Part shown: piece by piece, positions 27,477 to 37,205 of the stretch
Numbering within the stretch: the stretch's first letter is position 1
Layout: each line of letters starts with the position of its first letter
Assembly: GCA_963781685.1 (NCBI GenBank)
Contig: CAWAGK010000017.1
Span: 108,110 to 172,109 of the forward strand
Length of the DNA: 64,000 bases
DNA from: an uncultured Actinomycetota bacterium
Lineage (GTDB): Bacteria; Actinomycetota; Actinomycetes; Mycobacteriales; Mycobacteriaceae
Direction of reading: 5' to 3'
Notes under the pieces: model-generated
Seen by the model: the letters and a program-made list of their open reading frames with translations, nothing else
Told to the model about the DNA's origin: nothing
The model's database searches: none
Position numbers and translations under genes: made by a program

Positions 27477-28694
27477 GGGGTAGGCCAACCCGATGGCGCC
27501 CTGCACCCGCAGCGCGTCAATCTCGTTCTGCGATTTGCCGAGTTCCGCGAGCACCGCGTCGGTGTGCTGCCCGAGCCCGGGCACCGCGCCCATGGCGGGC
27601 TGGTAGCCGGAGATGACGGGCGGCGGCAGCAGGGCCGGAATCGACCCGGCCGACGTCTCGACCTGCCGCCACCGGTCCCGGGCCGCCAGCTGCGGGTGCA
27701 CGAGAACTTCGCTTGGCAGGTTGTACCGCGCGTTGCCGATCCCCGCGGCATCCGCTGTCTTCTGCACGTGTTCCAAGTCGTGTGCCGCGCACCAGGCGCC
27801 GATGGCGTCGTCCAAGATGCGCCGGTGAGCACACCGACCGGCGTTGCTGGCGAACCTCGGGTCGTCGGCAAGGTCGTCACGTTGCAGGATTTGACGCGAA
27901 AGTCGTTGCCATTCATTATCATTCGTCGTCCCCAGCACTACGGTCTGGCCGTCGGCGGTACGGTAGGCGCCATACGGCGCCACCGCGGGCGAACTCATTC
28001 CCAAGGGCTGCTGGTCGATTCCGGAATGTTGGGCGAAGGTGAGCGGGTAGCCCATCAGATCGGTCATCGTGTCGAACAAACTGACGGCCACAGTGTTGCC
28101 GTGCTGGCCCGTGGCCGACCCGGCATCGCGTGAATACAGCAGAGCCAAAATCGATATTGCCGAATACAACCCGGTGCTGATGTCCGCCATCGGCGGGCCG
28201 GGCTTGGCCGGTGCGCCGGGATGGCCGGTGACGGCGCAGGCGCCGGATTCGGCTTGCGCGAGCAGGTCGTAGGCACGTTTGTGCGAGAGCGGTCCGCCCG
28301 GGCCGTAGCCGTCGATTTCGACCGCGATCACGTCCGGGTGGCTTTCCGCCAGGTCCGCCGCGGCGATGCCCAATCGGGCGGTGGATCCTGGGGCGAGGTT
28401 GGAAACGAGTACGTCGGCACGGTCGAGAAGGCGACGCAGAATATCCAGCCCAGCTTCGGTTTTCAGGTTGAGGGTGACCGACTCCTTGCCCCGGTTGGCC
28501 CACACGAAGTGCGCGGCAAGCCCGTTGACGACGTCGTCGTAGTGCCGGGCGAAGTCTCCCCCGTTGGGGTTTTCCACTTTGATGACGCGTGCCCCGAAGT
28601 CGGCAAGCACGCGTGTGCACATCGGAGCGGAGACCGCCTGCTCCAGGGCCACCACGGTGACTCCCGTCAGCGGCCCCCCGGTTGCCGACATCAC
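27474..28694 (-). CDS. CoA-transferase family III (CaiB/BaiF)
   Basis: ALEQAVSAPMCTRVLADFGARVIKVE, NRGKES, AYDLLAQAESG. Confidence 0.93.
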   Translation of the reverse strand: MMSATGGPLTGVTVVALEQAVSAPMCTRVLADFGARVIKVENPNGGDFARHYDDVVNGLAAHFVWANRGKESVTLNLKTEAGLDILRRLLDRADVLVSNLAPGSTARLGIAAADLAESHPDVIAVEIDGYGPGGPLSHKRAYDLLAQAESGACAVTGHPGAPAKPGPPMADISTGLYSAISILALLYSRDAGSATGQHGNTVAVSLFDTMTDLMGYPLTFAQHSGIDQQPLGMSSPAVAPYGAYRTADGQTVVLGTTNDNEWQRLSRQILQRDDLADDPRFASNAGRCAHRRILDDAIGAWCAAHDLEHVQKTADAAGIGNARYNLPSEVLVHPQLAARDRWRQVETSAGSIPALLPPPVISGYQPAMGAVPGLGQHTDAVLAELGKSQNEIDALRVQGAIGLAYP

Positions 28695-29452
28695 ATCACC
28701 ATGCCGCCGTCCACCGGCAACACCTGACCGGTGATGTAGGAGGCGGCGTCCGACGCGAGAAAGACGAATGCGCCCGCGACCTCTTCGGGCTCGGCCCAGC
28801 GCTTCAACGGAATTCGAGCCATCATGTTGGCCGCGAATTTCTCGTTGGTACGAATGGTTTCGGTCATACGGGTCGCCGCCAGCGGCGCTAGCGCGTTAAC
28901 CAGAATGTTGTTGCGGGCCATCTCACGGGCCAATGACTTGGTGAATCCGATGATGCTGGCCTTGGCCGCCGAATAGTTCACCTGGCCGAGCGTGCCGGTG
29001 ATACCCGCTGACGAGACGACGTTGATGATGCGGCCAGTGCCATCGGTGGGTAGGAACTTCAGCGCGGCCTGAGCACAGTGAACGGCGCCCATCAGATGGA
29101 TGTCGAGCACCCGCTGGAAGCTTTCGTCGGTGAGATCGGCGAACATCCCCGGTGCCGTGACACCGGCGTTGTTGACCAGAATGTGCAACACACCCTCGGT
29201 GAGCCCGGCGGCGTGGGCGGCCGCAGCGTCCGCGGCTGCACGGTCTCGCACGTCCAGCGGGACACACTCCGCTTTGCCGCCGCTGGAGCAAATGCGTTCG
29301 GCGACAGCAGAAGCGGCGTCGGCATCGACGTCGCTGACGAGCACCGCGGCGCCGGCAGCGGCCAACGCATGTGCGACCGCCGCTCCGATCCCGCTGCCGG
29401 ATCCGGTGACCAATGCCGACCGTCCAGTCAGATCGAACACGGAGCGGCTCAT
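28691..29452 (-). CDS. SDR, FabG-like 3-oxoacyl reductase
   Basis: TGSGSGIG, NNAG, YSAAK, ITGQVLPVDGG. Confidence 0.93.
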   Translation of the reverse strand: MSRSVFDLTGRSALVTGSGSGIGAAVAHALAAAGAAVLVSDVDADAASAVAERICSSGGKAECVPLDVRDRAAADAAAAHAAGLTEGVLHILVNNAGVTAPGMFADLTDESFQRVLDIHLMGAVHCAQAALKFLPTDGTGRIINVVSSAGITGTLGQVNYSAAKASIIGFTKSLAREMARNNILVNALAPLAATRMTETIRTNEKFAANMMARIPLKRWAEPEEVAGAFVFLASDAASYITGQVLPVDGGMVM

Positions 29453-30618
29453 CAATAGCTCCTCGGCAATTTCAGCACGTGCGACCCGAGGAAGTTCAGG
29501 ATCATCTCCTGGCTGACCGGTGCGATCTTCATCAGCCGGGCTTCCCGGAAGTACCGCGACACGTGATACTCCTCGGAATATCCCATGCCGCCGTGGGTTT
29601 GCAGCGCCCGGTCGGCGGCGGCGAAACCGGCGTCGGCGCAGAGGTATTTCGCGGTATTGGCCTCGCGTCCGCAGGGTTTGTCGTTGTCATACAGCCAGGT
29701 AGCTTTGCGCAGTACCAACTCGGCGGCGTCCAGCCGTGCCAGCGAATCGGCCAGCGGGAACTGGATGCCCTGGTTCATGCCGATCGGGCGGTCGAAGACA
29801 TGCCGCTCATTGCCGTACTTGACCGCCTTCTCCAGCGCGACCCGGCCGATGCCCAACGCCTCAGCGGCGATGAGCATCCGTTCCGGGTTCAGCCCGTCGA
29901 GGATATATTGAAAACCCTTGCCTTCCTCACCAACTCGATCTTCGACCGGGATATGCAGGTCGTCGATGAACAACTCGTTGGAGCTGACCGCGTTGCGGCC
30001 CATCTTGCGGATCGGCCGGACATCCACCTTGCTTCGGTCCAGATCGGTCAAAAACAGCGTCATACCGTCGGTCTTCTTGGTGACTTCGGCGTAGGGCTTT
30101 GTCCGGGTGAGCAGCAGAATCTTCTGCGACTCAAGTGCTTTGGAAATCCATACTTTTCGGCCGTTCACGATATAGTGGTCGCCGTCGCGCTTGGCGAAGG
30201 TGGTGATGCGCGAGGTATCGAGGCCTGCACCGGGTTCGGTGACGCCGAAGCACACATGCAGTTCGCCCGTCGCCACCTTCGGCAGCGTGCGGGCCTTCAG
30301 CTCGTCGGAACCGTGTTTGACCACTGGCTGCATGCCGAAGATCGACAGGTGAATGGCGCTGGCGGCGTTCATCGCCCCGCCCGCTTTGGCCACTTCTTCG
30401 GCCAGCAGCGTGGCTTCAGTGATGCCGAGGCCGTGACCCCCGTACTCCTCCGGGAACGTCATGCCGAGCCAGCCGCCGCCGGCGATCGCCTGATAGAACT
30501 CGTGCGGAAACTCGTGGGCCTGATCTTTTTCCATCCAGTAGTGATCGTCGAACTTCGACGCCAGCTCCGCGACCGACTTGCGGATCAGCTCTTGGTCATC
30601 GGTCAGCTCGAAGTTCAT
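29452..30618 (-). CDS. Acyl-CoA dehydrogenase
   Basis: VTEPGAGLD, NGRKVWIS, HGGMGYSEEY; ATG at 30618 (MNFEL). Confidence 0.93.
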   Translation of the reverse strand: MNFELTDDQELIRKSVAELASKFDDHYWMEKDQAHEFPHEFYQAIAGGGWLGMTFPEEYGGHGLGITEATLLAEEVAKAGGAMNAASAIHLSIFGMQPVVKHGSDELKARTLPKVATGELHVCFGVTEPGAGLDTSRITTFAKRDGDHYIVNGRKVWISKALESQKILLLTRTKPYAEVTKKTDGMTLFLTDLDRSKVDVRPIRKMGRNAVSSNELFIDDLHIPVEDRVGEEGKGFQYILDGLNPERMLIAAEALGIGRVALEKAVKYGNERHVFDRPIGMNQGIQFPLADSLARLDAAELVLRKATWLYDNDKPCGREANTAKYLCADAGFAAADRALQTHGGMGYSEEYHVSRYFREARLMKIAPVSQEMILNFLGSHVLKLPRSY

Positions 30619-30666
30619 CCCACCGCCGGCCACTGCTCAATCTCCTTCGATCAGTTCAGTTACCGA

Positions 30667-30774
30667 CTTCCGGTGTCGGCCCGCTGCGCCCCGCTTCGCC
30701 GCGCTTGCAACCGCCACGGGCTTTCGGTGTCGGCCCGCTGCGCCCGGCTTCGCCGCGCTTGCGACCGCCACGTG
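30667..30774. repeat. 54-bp tandem repeat, 2 copies (mycobacterial VNTR/REP-like)
   Basis: CTT(C/T)CGGTGTCGGCCCGCTGCGCCC(C/G)GCTTCGCCGCGCTTGC(A/G)ACCGCCACG(G/T)G at 30667 and 30721. Confidence 0.9.
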
Positions 30775-30797
30775 CGCGCCCGGATTCCGGTGGCGCG

Positions 30798-32096
30798 TCA
30801 GTCCTTGTTGCCGGTCAGTTCTTTCGCGCTGGCGGCGAATTCCGCGAACGACGAACCCGACCTGGCGTCTTTGTGGTGGCTGAGGGCGCGGATCGAAACG
30901 TCGTGGCCCTCAGCGGCCTTGCGTAGCGCGCCCACGCTCGCCTGCGCCGGAGTGATGTGGCTGAACGGGTCGAACGAGTACCAGCGCATCGCGTTCTCAT
31001 GGGACATCTTCTTGATCTCGTCGTCCGGGACGTTGTTGATGGACAACACATCCCACAGCTCTTCGGGCGCGCCCGGCCACATCGAGTCGCTGTGCGGGTA
31101 GTCGGCCTCCCAGCAGATGTTGTCGATGCCGATCATGTTGCGCAACGCCACGCCGACCTTGTCGCTGATGAAGCAAGTCAGGAAGTGCTCGCGGAAGATG
31201 TCGCTGGGCAGCTTGCCCTTGAAGTCCTGATGCGTCCACGTCGAGTGCATCTCGTAGGTCCGGTCTGCCCGCTCCAGGAAATAAGGGATCCAGCCGGTGC
31301 CGCCCTCGGACAGCGCGACCTTGAGATCCGGGTACTCCTTGATTGGCCGCGACCACAGCAGATCCGCGGCGGCCTGCACGATGTTCATCGGCTGCAGGGT
31401 GATCATCACGTCCATCGGTGCATCGGGGGCGGTGATCGCCAGCCGTCCCGATGATCCGATGTGCACGTTCATCACGGTGTTGGTGTCGCACAACGCTTTC
31501 CACAGCGGATTCCAGTATTCGTTGTGGAAGCTCGGGTAGCCCATCGCGGCCGGGTTCTCGGTGAAGGTCAGCGCGTGCACGCCCTTCTTGGCCACCCGTC
31601 GCACCTCTTTGGCGCACTCCTCGGCGTCCCAGATCACGGGTATCGCCATCGGGATGAACCGTGCCGGGTAGGCACCACACCATTCGTCGATGTGCCAGTC
31701 GTTGTAGGCCTGCACCAGTGCTACCGAGAACTCTGGGTCCTCGGTGGCGAACAGGCGTCCGGCGAAACCGGGGAACGACGGGAAGCAGATCGAGGCCAGG
31801 ATGCCCCCGGCATTCATGTCCTTGATCCGCTCGTCGACGTTGTAGCAACCCGGCCGGATCTCGTCGAGGCCCTGCGGCTCGAGCCCGTACTCCTCTTTCG
31901 GGCGGCCGGCCACCGCGTTGAGCGCGACGTTGGGGATCACGGTGTCGCGGAACTGCCAGCAGTCGGAGCCGTCCGCGTTGTGCACCAGCCGCGGCGCGTC
32001 ATCGGCGTACTTCTTGGGCAGGTGGTTCTTAAACATGTCAGGTGGCTCAACGGTGTGGTCGTCGACGCTGATCAAAATCATGTCGTCTTTGTTCAC
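30798..32096 (-). CDS. Amidohydrolase family protein (amidohydro_2 type)
   Basis: ISVDDH, AYNDW, HIGSSG, SEGGTGWIP, WEADYPHSDS. Confidence 0.92.
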   Translation of the reverse strand: MNKDDMILISVDDHTVEPPDMFKNHLPKKYADDAPRLVHNADGSDCWQFRDTVIPNVALNAVAGRPKEEYGLEPQGLDEIRPGCYNVDERIKDMNAGGILASICFPSFPGFAGRLFATEDPEFSVALVQAYNDWHIDEWCGAYPARFIPMAIPVIWDAEECAKEVRRVAKKGVHALTFTENPAAMGYPSFHNEYWNPLWKALCDTNTVMNVHIGSSGRLAITAPDAPMDVMITLQPMNIVQAAADLLWSRPIKEYPDLKVALSEGGTGWIPYFLERADRTYEMHSTWTHQDFKGKLPSDIFREHFLTCFISDKVGVALRNMIGIDNICWEADYPHSDSMWPGAPEELWDVLSINNVPDDEIKKMSHENAMRWYSFDPFSHITPAQASVGALRKAAEGHDVSIRALSHHKDARSGSSFAEFAASAKELTGNKD

Positions 32097-32147
32097 TGGC
32101 CGTTCCTCTCCATCGGGGGTCGTTCGGCGGCCCGTTCGCTCAAATAT

Positions 32148-32331
32148 GAAAATTATCTTCTCTGATCGCGAGAATCAACATCTTCACGCTACCCCTGCCG
32201 GGGTTGGAGTCACGTCGGGGCAGCAGCACAGCTCGCACATGATGATGGCGTTTCCGCAGGTCGAGTGCAAAACATTGACCAATCCGCGAGTTCGTGGAAA
32301 CCTATTGGTCAAATATGAGAATATGATTCTC
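32148..32331. promoter_or_regulatory. Divergent promoter region with two GAGAAT-N3-ATTCTC operators
   Basis: GAAAATTATCTTCTC (32148-32162) and perfect GAGAATATGATTCTC (32317-32331), both preceded by TCAAATAT. Confidence 0.7.
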
Positions 32332-32348
32332 GTAAGTGAGGAGGCAGT

Positions 32349-32885
32349 ATGCGTCTGTCCCCGTTGCCGGCGGACCAGTGGGACGACGCCGCGCGACAGT
32401 CGCTCGCCAGCCTGCTTCCCGAAGACCGCCGGAACGCGGGCGACGCAGGCAACCTGCTGAGCACGCTGGTGCGTCACCCCGATCTGTGTCGCGCATTTCT
32501 CCGGTTCAACGGATATCTGCTGATGAGCTCGACGCTGCCGGCGCGGGAGCGCGAGTTGATCATCCTGCGGGTCGCCCATCGCCGTAGCTGCGCTTACGAA
32601 TGGACTCACCACGTCAAGCTGGGGAAAAAGGCCGGACTCTCCGACGCGGACATCGCGGCGGTGCAGGCCGGTGACCCGACCGACGAATTCGACCGCGCGT
32701 TGCTGAACGCCGTCGACGAACTCGACGAAAAAAGCAACCTGTCGGATCAGACTTGGGCCGCGCTGTCCGAGCGGCTCGATGAGCGGCAACGAATGGACTT
32801 GATCTTCACCATAGGCGGCTACACCGCCCTCGCGATGGGCCTCAACACCTTCGGTGTCGAGGTCGAAGCTGACCGGAGAGACTGA
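32349..32885 (+). CDS. Carboxymuconolactone decarboxylase/AhpD-like protein
   Basis: LPARERELIILRVAHRRSCAYEWTHH. Confidence 0.88.
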   Translation: MRLSPLPADQWDDAARQSLASLLPEDRRNAGDAGNLLSTLVRHPDLCRAFLRFNGYLLMSSTLPARERELIILRVAHRRSCAYEWTHHVKLGKKAGLSDADIAAVQAGDPTDEFDRALLNAVDELDEKSNLSDQTWAALSERLDERQRMDLIFTIGGYTALAMGLNTFGVEVEADRRD

Positions 32886-32902
32886 AAGAAAGAGGTAGTA
32901 CC

Positions 32903-34183
32903 TTGCCGCACTTCCCTAAACCAGCCGCTGGCAGCTGGACGGAAAACTACCCGGAATTGGGCACTGCACCGGTCGATTACACCGACTCCATCGATCCGGC
33001 GTTCTTCGAGGCCGAGCGCAACGCGATCTTCAAGAAGACGTGGCTCAACGTCGGTCGAGTCGAGCGGCTGCCGCGCACCGGCAGCTACTTCACCAAGGAG
33101 CTGCCGTCGGCGGGCCCGGGCATGTCGGTGATCGTCGTCAAGACCAAGGACGGGGCGATCAAGGCGTATCACAACGTCTGCCGTCACCGCGGAAACAAGT
33201 TGGTTTGGAACGACTTTCCGCATGAGGAGACCTCGGGCACCTGCCGGCAGTTCACCTGCAAGTACCACGCGTGGCGCTACAGCCTCGACGGCGACCTGAC
33301 CTTCATCCAGCAGGAGGATGAGTTCTTCGACGTCGACAAGAGCCAATTCGGCCTGGTTCCCGTGCGTTGCGAGTTGTGGGAAGGGTTCATCTTCATCAAC
33401 TTCGACCAACACGCCAAGCCGCTCACCGACTACCTCGGGCCGCTGGCCAAGGGCATCGAGGGCTACCCCTTCCACGAGATGACCGAGACGTACTCCTACC
33501 GTGCTGAGGTCGGCAGCAACTGGAAGCTGTTCATGGACGCCTTCGCGGAGTTCTACCACGCGCCGGTGTTGCACCAGGGGCAGTACACCAAGGAAGAAGC
33601 CGCCAAGATCATGAAATACGGCTTCGAGGCGCTCTACTACGAGATGGCAAGTCCGCACGCGATGATCTCGACTTGGGGCGGTCAGGCGCCGCCCGTGGAC
33701 ATGTCGATGGTGAAGCCGACGGACCAGGTGCTGCGCAGCGGGCTGTTTGGCCCCTGGGACAAGCCGGAAGTTATCGAGAAGCTCACCGAACTGCCGCCGG
33801 GGGTGAACCCGAAGAAGGTGCCGCAGTGGGGGATCGACGAGTGGCACTTCTACCCGAACTTCATGCTGCTGATCTGGGAGCCGGGCTGGTTCCTGACCTA
33901 TCACTACTGGCCGACCGCCGTCGACAAGCACATCTTCGAGTGCACGCTGTATTTCGTTCCGCCGCGCGATGCGCGGGAGCGCTTGGCCCAGGAGCTGGCG
34001 GCGGTGACGTTCAAGGAGTACGCGCTTCAGGATGCGAACACGCTGGAAGCAACCCAGACCATGATCGGCACCAAGGTCGTCACCGACTTCCTGCTATGCG
34101 ATCAGGAGATCATGCTGCGCCATCTGCACAAAGTGACCGGTGACTACGTGAAGGAGTACCAGAACAATGGCGCTACCGTCTGA
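32903..34183 (+). CDS. Rieske non-heme iron oxygenase alpha subunit
   Basis: CRHRG...CKYHAW Rieske ligands; NWK...EFYHAPVLH and QDA iron ligands. Confidence 0.95.
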   Translation: MPHFPKPAAGSWTENYPELGTAPVDYTDSIDPAFFEAERNAIFKKTWLNVGRVERLPRTGSYFTKELPSAGPGMSVIVVKTKDGAIKAYHNVCRHRGNKLVWNDFPHEETSGTCRQFTCKYHAWRYSLDGDLTFIQQEDEFFDVDKSQFGLVPVRCELWEGFIFINFDQHAKPLTDYLGPLAKGIEGYPFHEMTETYSYRAEVGSNWKLFMDAFAEFYHAPVLHQGQYTKEEAAKIMKYGFEALYYEMASPHAMISTWGGQAPPVDMSMVKPTDQVLRSGLFGPWDKPEVIEKLTELPPGVNPKKVPQWGIDEWHFYPNFMLLIWEPGWFLTYHYWPTAVDKHIFECTLYFVPPRDARERLAQELAAVTFKEYALQDANTLEATQTMIGTKVVTDFLLCDQEIMLRHLHKVTGDYVKEYQNNGATV

Positions 34184-34490
34184 ATTCGCTGACCTGGAGC
34201 CCTTTTTGGAGTGGGACCTGGCCACCGAACCCGAGCGCTATGCCAAGCGGCTGGCCTCGTCGATGGCCGAGATGCAGACCTTCTACGACGTCGCGTTCCC
34301 GCGCCTGAACGACGTGATCACCTACTGCGACAAGCACCGCCTAGACGATCTGCCCGAGGACGCGCGGACCCTCATGCACCTGATGCAGTCGCTGATCATG
34401 GTGTCGTTTCCGATTGAAGCGTGGAAGCAGCCGCGCGTCCCCGACAGCGGCGCGGCCTGGGTCGAATTGACCAGGGAGCCGGTGATTTAA
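34167..34490 (+). CDS. Conserved hypothetical protein (107 aa)
   Basis: Overlaps the Rieske gene 3' end; coherent ORF in an operon. Confidence 0.8.
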   Translation: MALPSEFADLEPFLEWDLATEPERYAKRLASSMAEMQTFYDVAFPRLNDVITYCDKHRLDDLPEDARTLMHLMQSLIMVSFPIEAWKQPRVPDSGAAWVELTREPVI

Positions 34491-34493
34491 GCG

Positions 34494-35717
34494 GTGCTGA
34501 CGCTTAAGGCAGCCGGCCTGCTCGACGTCGACGCGGGCGAGATCGTACGGCCGGGCATCCTTCGGATCGAAGAAGATCGGATCGTTGGCGTCGGCGAGGG
34601 CCCGCAGGGCACGGAAAGTGAAGTCATCGACCTCGGGGATTCGATCTTGCTGCCCGGTTTGATGGACATGGAGGTCAACCTGCTGATGGGCGGGCGCGGG
34701 GAGAAGCCCGGGCTGTCCCAGGTCCAGGACGACCCGCCGACCCGGATGTTGCGCGCGGTCGGCAACGCCCGCCGGACGCTGCGTGCGGGGTTCACCACGG
34801 TGCGCAACCTCGGCCTGTTCGTCAAGACCGGCGGCTATCTGCTGGACGTCGCGCTGGGAAAGGCCATCGACGCCGGCTGGATCGACGGCCCGCGCGTGGT
34901 ACCCGCGGGCCATGCGATCACCCCGACCGGCGGGCATCTGGACCCGACCATGTTCGCCGCGTTCGCCCCGCATGTGCTCGACCTGACCGTCGAAGAGGGC
35001 ATCGCCAACGGAATCGACGAGATCCGCAAGGCGGTGCGGTATCAGATCAAGCACGGCGCCGAGCTGATCAAGGTCTGCTGCTCGGGCGGTGTGATGTCGC
35101 TGACCGGCCCGCCTGGCGCGCAACACTATTCGGATGAGGAGCTGCGGGCGATCGTCGACGAGGCGCACCGACGCGGGCTGAGGGTCGCCGCGCACACGCA
35201 TGGCGCCGACGCCGTCAAACACGCGGTCGAAGCTGGCATCGACTGCATCGAGCACGGGTTTCTGATCGACGACGAGGCGATCGCGATGATGGTCGAGCAC
35301 GGCACCTTCCTGGTCTCGACCCGGCGTCTGGCGGAGGGAATGGACGTCTCGCACGCCCCGCCCGAACTGCAGGCCAAGGCCGCCGAGATGTTCCCGAAGT
35401 CGCGGACCTCGATACTGGCCGCCTACGAGGCCGGGGTGAAGATCGCGGTGGGCACCGACGCGCCCGCAATCCCGCATGGCCGCAACGCCGACGAACTTGT
35501 CACCCTGGTCGATTGGGGCCTGCCGCCGCTGGCGGTATTGCGGGCGGCGACGACCACGGCCGCAGACTTGATCAACGCCACCGATCGCGGCCGGCTGGCC
35601 GAGGGACTGCTCGCCGACGTCATCGCCGTCCCCGGAGACCCGTTGTCCGACATCGGCGTTACCCAGAAGGTGGGCTTCGTGATGAAGGGAGGCAAGGTCT
35701 ATGCCAGAACGAATTGA
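34494..35717 (+). CDS. Metal-dependent amidohydrolase (Xaa-Pro dipeptidase-like clade)
   Basis: AGFTTVRN, IKVC, AAHTHG, CIEHG, GTDA; the first motif reads PGLMDMEVN. Confidence 0.9.
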   Translation: MLTLKAAGLLDVDAGEIVRPGILRIEEDRIVGVGEGPQGTESEVIDLGDSILLPGLMDMEVNLLMGGRGEKPGLSQVQDDPPTRMLRAVGNARRTLRAGFTTVRNLGLFVKTGGYLLDVALGKAIDAGWIDGPRVVPAGHAITPTGGHLDPTMFAAFAPHVLDLTVEEGIANGIDEIRKAVRYQIKHGAELIKVCCSGGVMSLTGPPGAQHYSDEELRAIVDEAHRRGLRVAAHTHGADAVKHAVEAGIDCIEHGFLIDDEAIAMMVEHGTFLVSTRRLAEGMDVSHAPPELQAKAAEMFPKSRTSILAAYEAGVKIAVGTDAPAIPHGRNADELVTLVDWGLPPLAVLRAATTTAADLINATDRGRLAEGLLADVIAVPGDPLSDIGVTQKVGFVMKGGKVYARTN

Positions 35718-36120
35718 GGACCTGGTCGAGATCCAGCAGCTACTGGCGCGCTACGCCGTGACCATCACGCAGCAGGACATCGACGGGCTGGTCAAAGTCT
35801 TCACGCCCGACGGCACCTACAGCGCTTTCGGCGAAACCTATTCGCTGGAACGGTTTCCCGTGCTGGTGGACGCCGCGCCCAAGGGATTGTTCATGACGGC
35901 CACCCCGGTAATCGAGCTGGACGGCGACACCGCAACCGGCACCCAACCGCTGTGCTTCATCGACCACGCCAGCCATGACATGCGGATCGGCTATTACAAC
36001 GACACCTATGTGCGGACCGACGACGGCTGGCGGTTGAAAACCCGTGCCATGACGTTTATTCGGCGCAGTGGCGCCCACGACTCGGGCCGTCCGCACGCGA
36101 TAGGACGCCCACCTGCATGA
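35701..36120 (+). CDS. NTF2/SnoaL-like protein
   Basis: IQQLLARYA...VFTPDG...GYYNDTYVRTDDGWR. Confidence 0.88.
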   Translation: MPERIEDLVEIQQLLARYAVTITQQDIDGLVKVFTPDGTYSAFGETYSLERFPVLVDAAPKGLFMTATPVIELDGDTATGTQPLCFIDHASHDMRIGYYNDTYVRTDDGWRLKTRAMTFIRRSGAHDSGRPHAIGRPPA

Positions 36121-37205
36121 AGGTCGACCAGTTCCGTTCGGACCTGCGGGCCTGGCTCGACGAGCACGACCTGACCCCCGGGCCGGACCACTCGCTGGAA
36201 GGCCACATCACGCAACTCGCCCGCGTCCATTCCGCGCTTTATGACGCGGGCTGGATGCGATACGGCTGGCCCGAACATGTCGGCGGATTGGGCGGGCCGG
36301 CAATGCTTCGCGCGATCGTCGGCGAGGAGGTGGTCGGCCGTCGTCTTGCCGAGCCGGGCCCCTATTCGATGGTCGAGGTGCTCGCGCCGACCATGATCGA
36401 TTACGCGCCAGCAGAACTCGCAGCGGAGATGGTACCGCGGCTACTCAGTGGTCGCGAACAGTGGTGTCAAGGCTTTTCCGAGCCCGGCTCCGGCAGCGAC
36501 CTGGCGTCGCTGACCACGCGCGCCGCCCCGCACGGCGACAACTGGATTGTCAACGGGCAGAAGGTCTGGACCAGCTACGCGCAGTATTCGACACGTTGTG
36601 TCCTGCTCACCCGCACCGCACCTGGCTACGATGGCATCACGGCGTTCTTCGTCGACCTGGACACGCCGGGCATCACCATTCGGCCGCTGCGCACAATGCA
36701 CGGAGTCGACGAGTTCTGCGAGGTCTACTTCGACGATGTAGTGATCCCCGCGGCACGCATGCTCGGCCGGCCCGGAGACGGCTGGCGGCTGGCGATGGAT
36801 TTGCTGCCCTACGAGCGCTCCACCTGCTTCTGGCAGCGGATCGCCTACCTCTATGCACGATTCGACGAAGTCATCGCGGAAGCAGCCGACCCCGACGAAT
36901 ACGAGCTCGGCGCAGCCTATATCGCGCTGCACACCCTGCGCTGCCGGTCTCGGGCCACCCAACACCGGCTGGCCGACGGGGAGCCACTCGGGCCGCAGAC
37001 ATCGATTGACAAAGTCTTGCTGGCCACCGCCGAGCAGCGGCTCTACGACACCGTTCGCGACCTGCTGCCCGGCACCATCGAGTTGGACGACACGCCATGG
37101 CGATCCGAGTACCTCTACTCGCGCGCGGCAACCATCTACGGCGGCACTGCGGAGATCCAGCGCAACATCATCGCGCGCCGGCTGTTGGATCTGGGCAAGG
37201 AGTGA
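36117..37205 (+). CDS. Acyl-CoA dehydrogenase (alpha-type subunit)
   Basis: WCQGFSEPGSGSDLASL, NGQKVWTS, TIYGGTAEIQR. Confidence 0.93.
   Translation: MKVDQFRSDLRAWLDEHDLTPGPDHSLEGHITQLARVHSALYDAGWMRYGWPEHVGGLGGPAMLRAIVGEEVVGRRLAEPGPYSMVEVLAPTMIDYAPAELAAEMVPRLLSGREQWCQGFSEPGSGSDLASLTTRAAPHGDNWIVNGQKVWTSYAQYSTRCVLLTRTAPGYDGITAFFVDLDTPGITIRPLRTMHGVDEFCEVYFDDVVIPAARMLGRPGDGWRLAMDLLPYERSTCFWQRIAYLYARFDEVIAEAADPDEYELGAAYIALHTLRCRSRATQHRLADGEPLGPQTSIDKVLLATAEQRLYDTVRDLLPGTIELDDTPWRSEYLYSRAATIYGGTAEIQRNIIARRLLDLGKE

Noticed and set aside
30667-30774. 54-bp repeats considered as CRISPR
   Set aside because: Adjacent tandem units with no unique spacers
29413-31101. 562-aa plus-strand ORF opposite the ACAD and amidohydrolase
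   Set aside because: Antisense shadow running through the VNTR; no family signal
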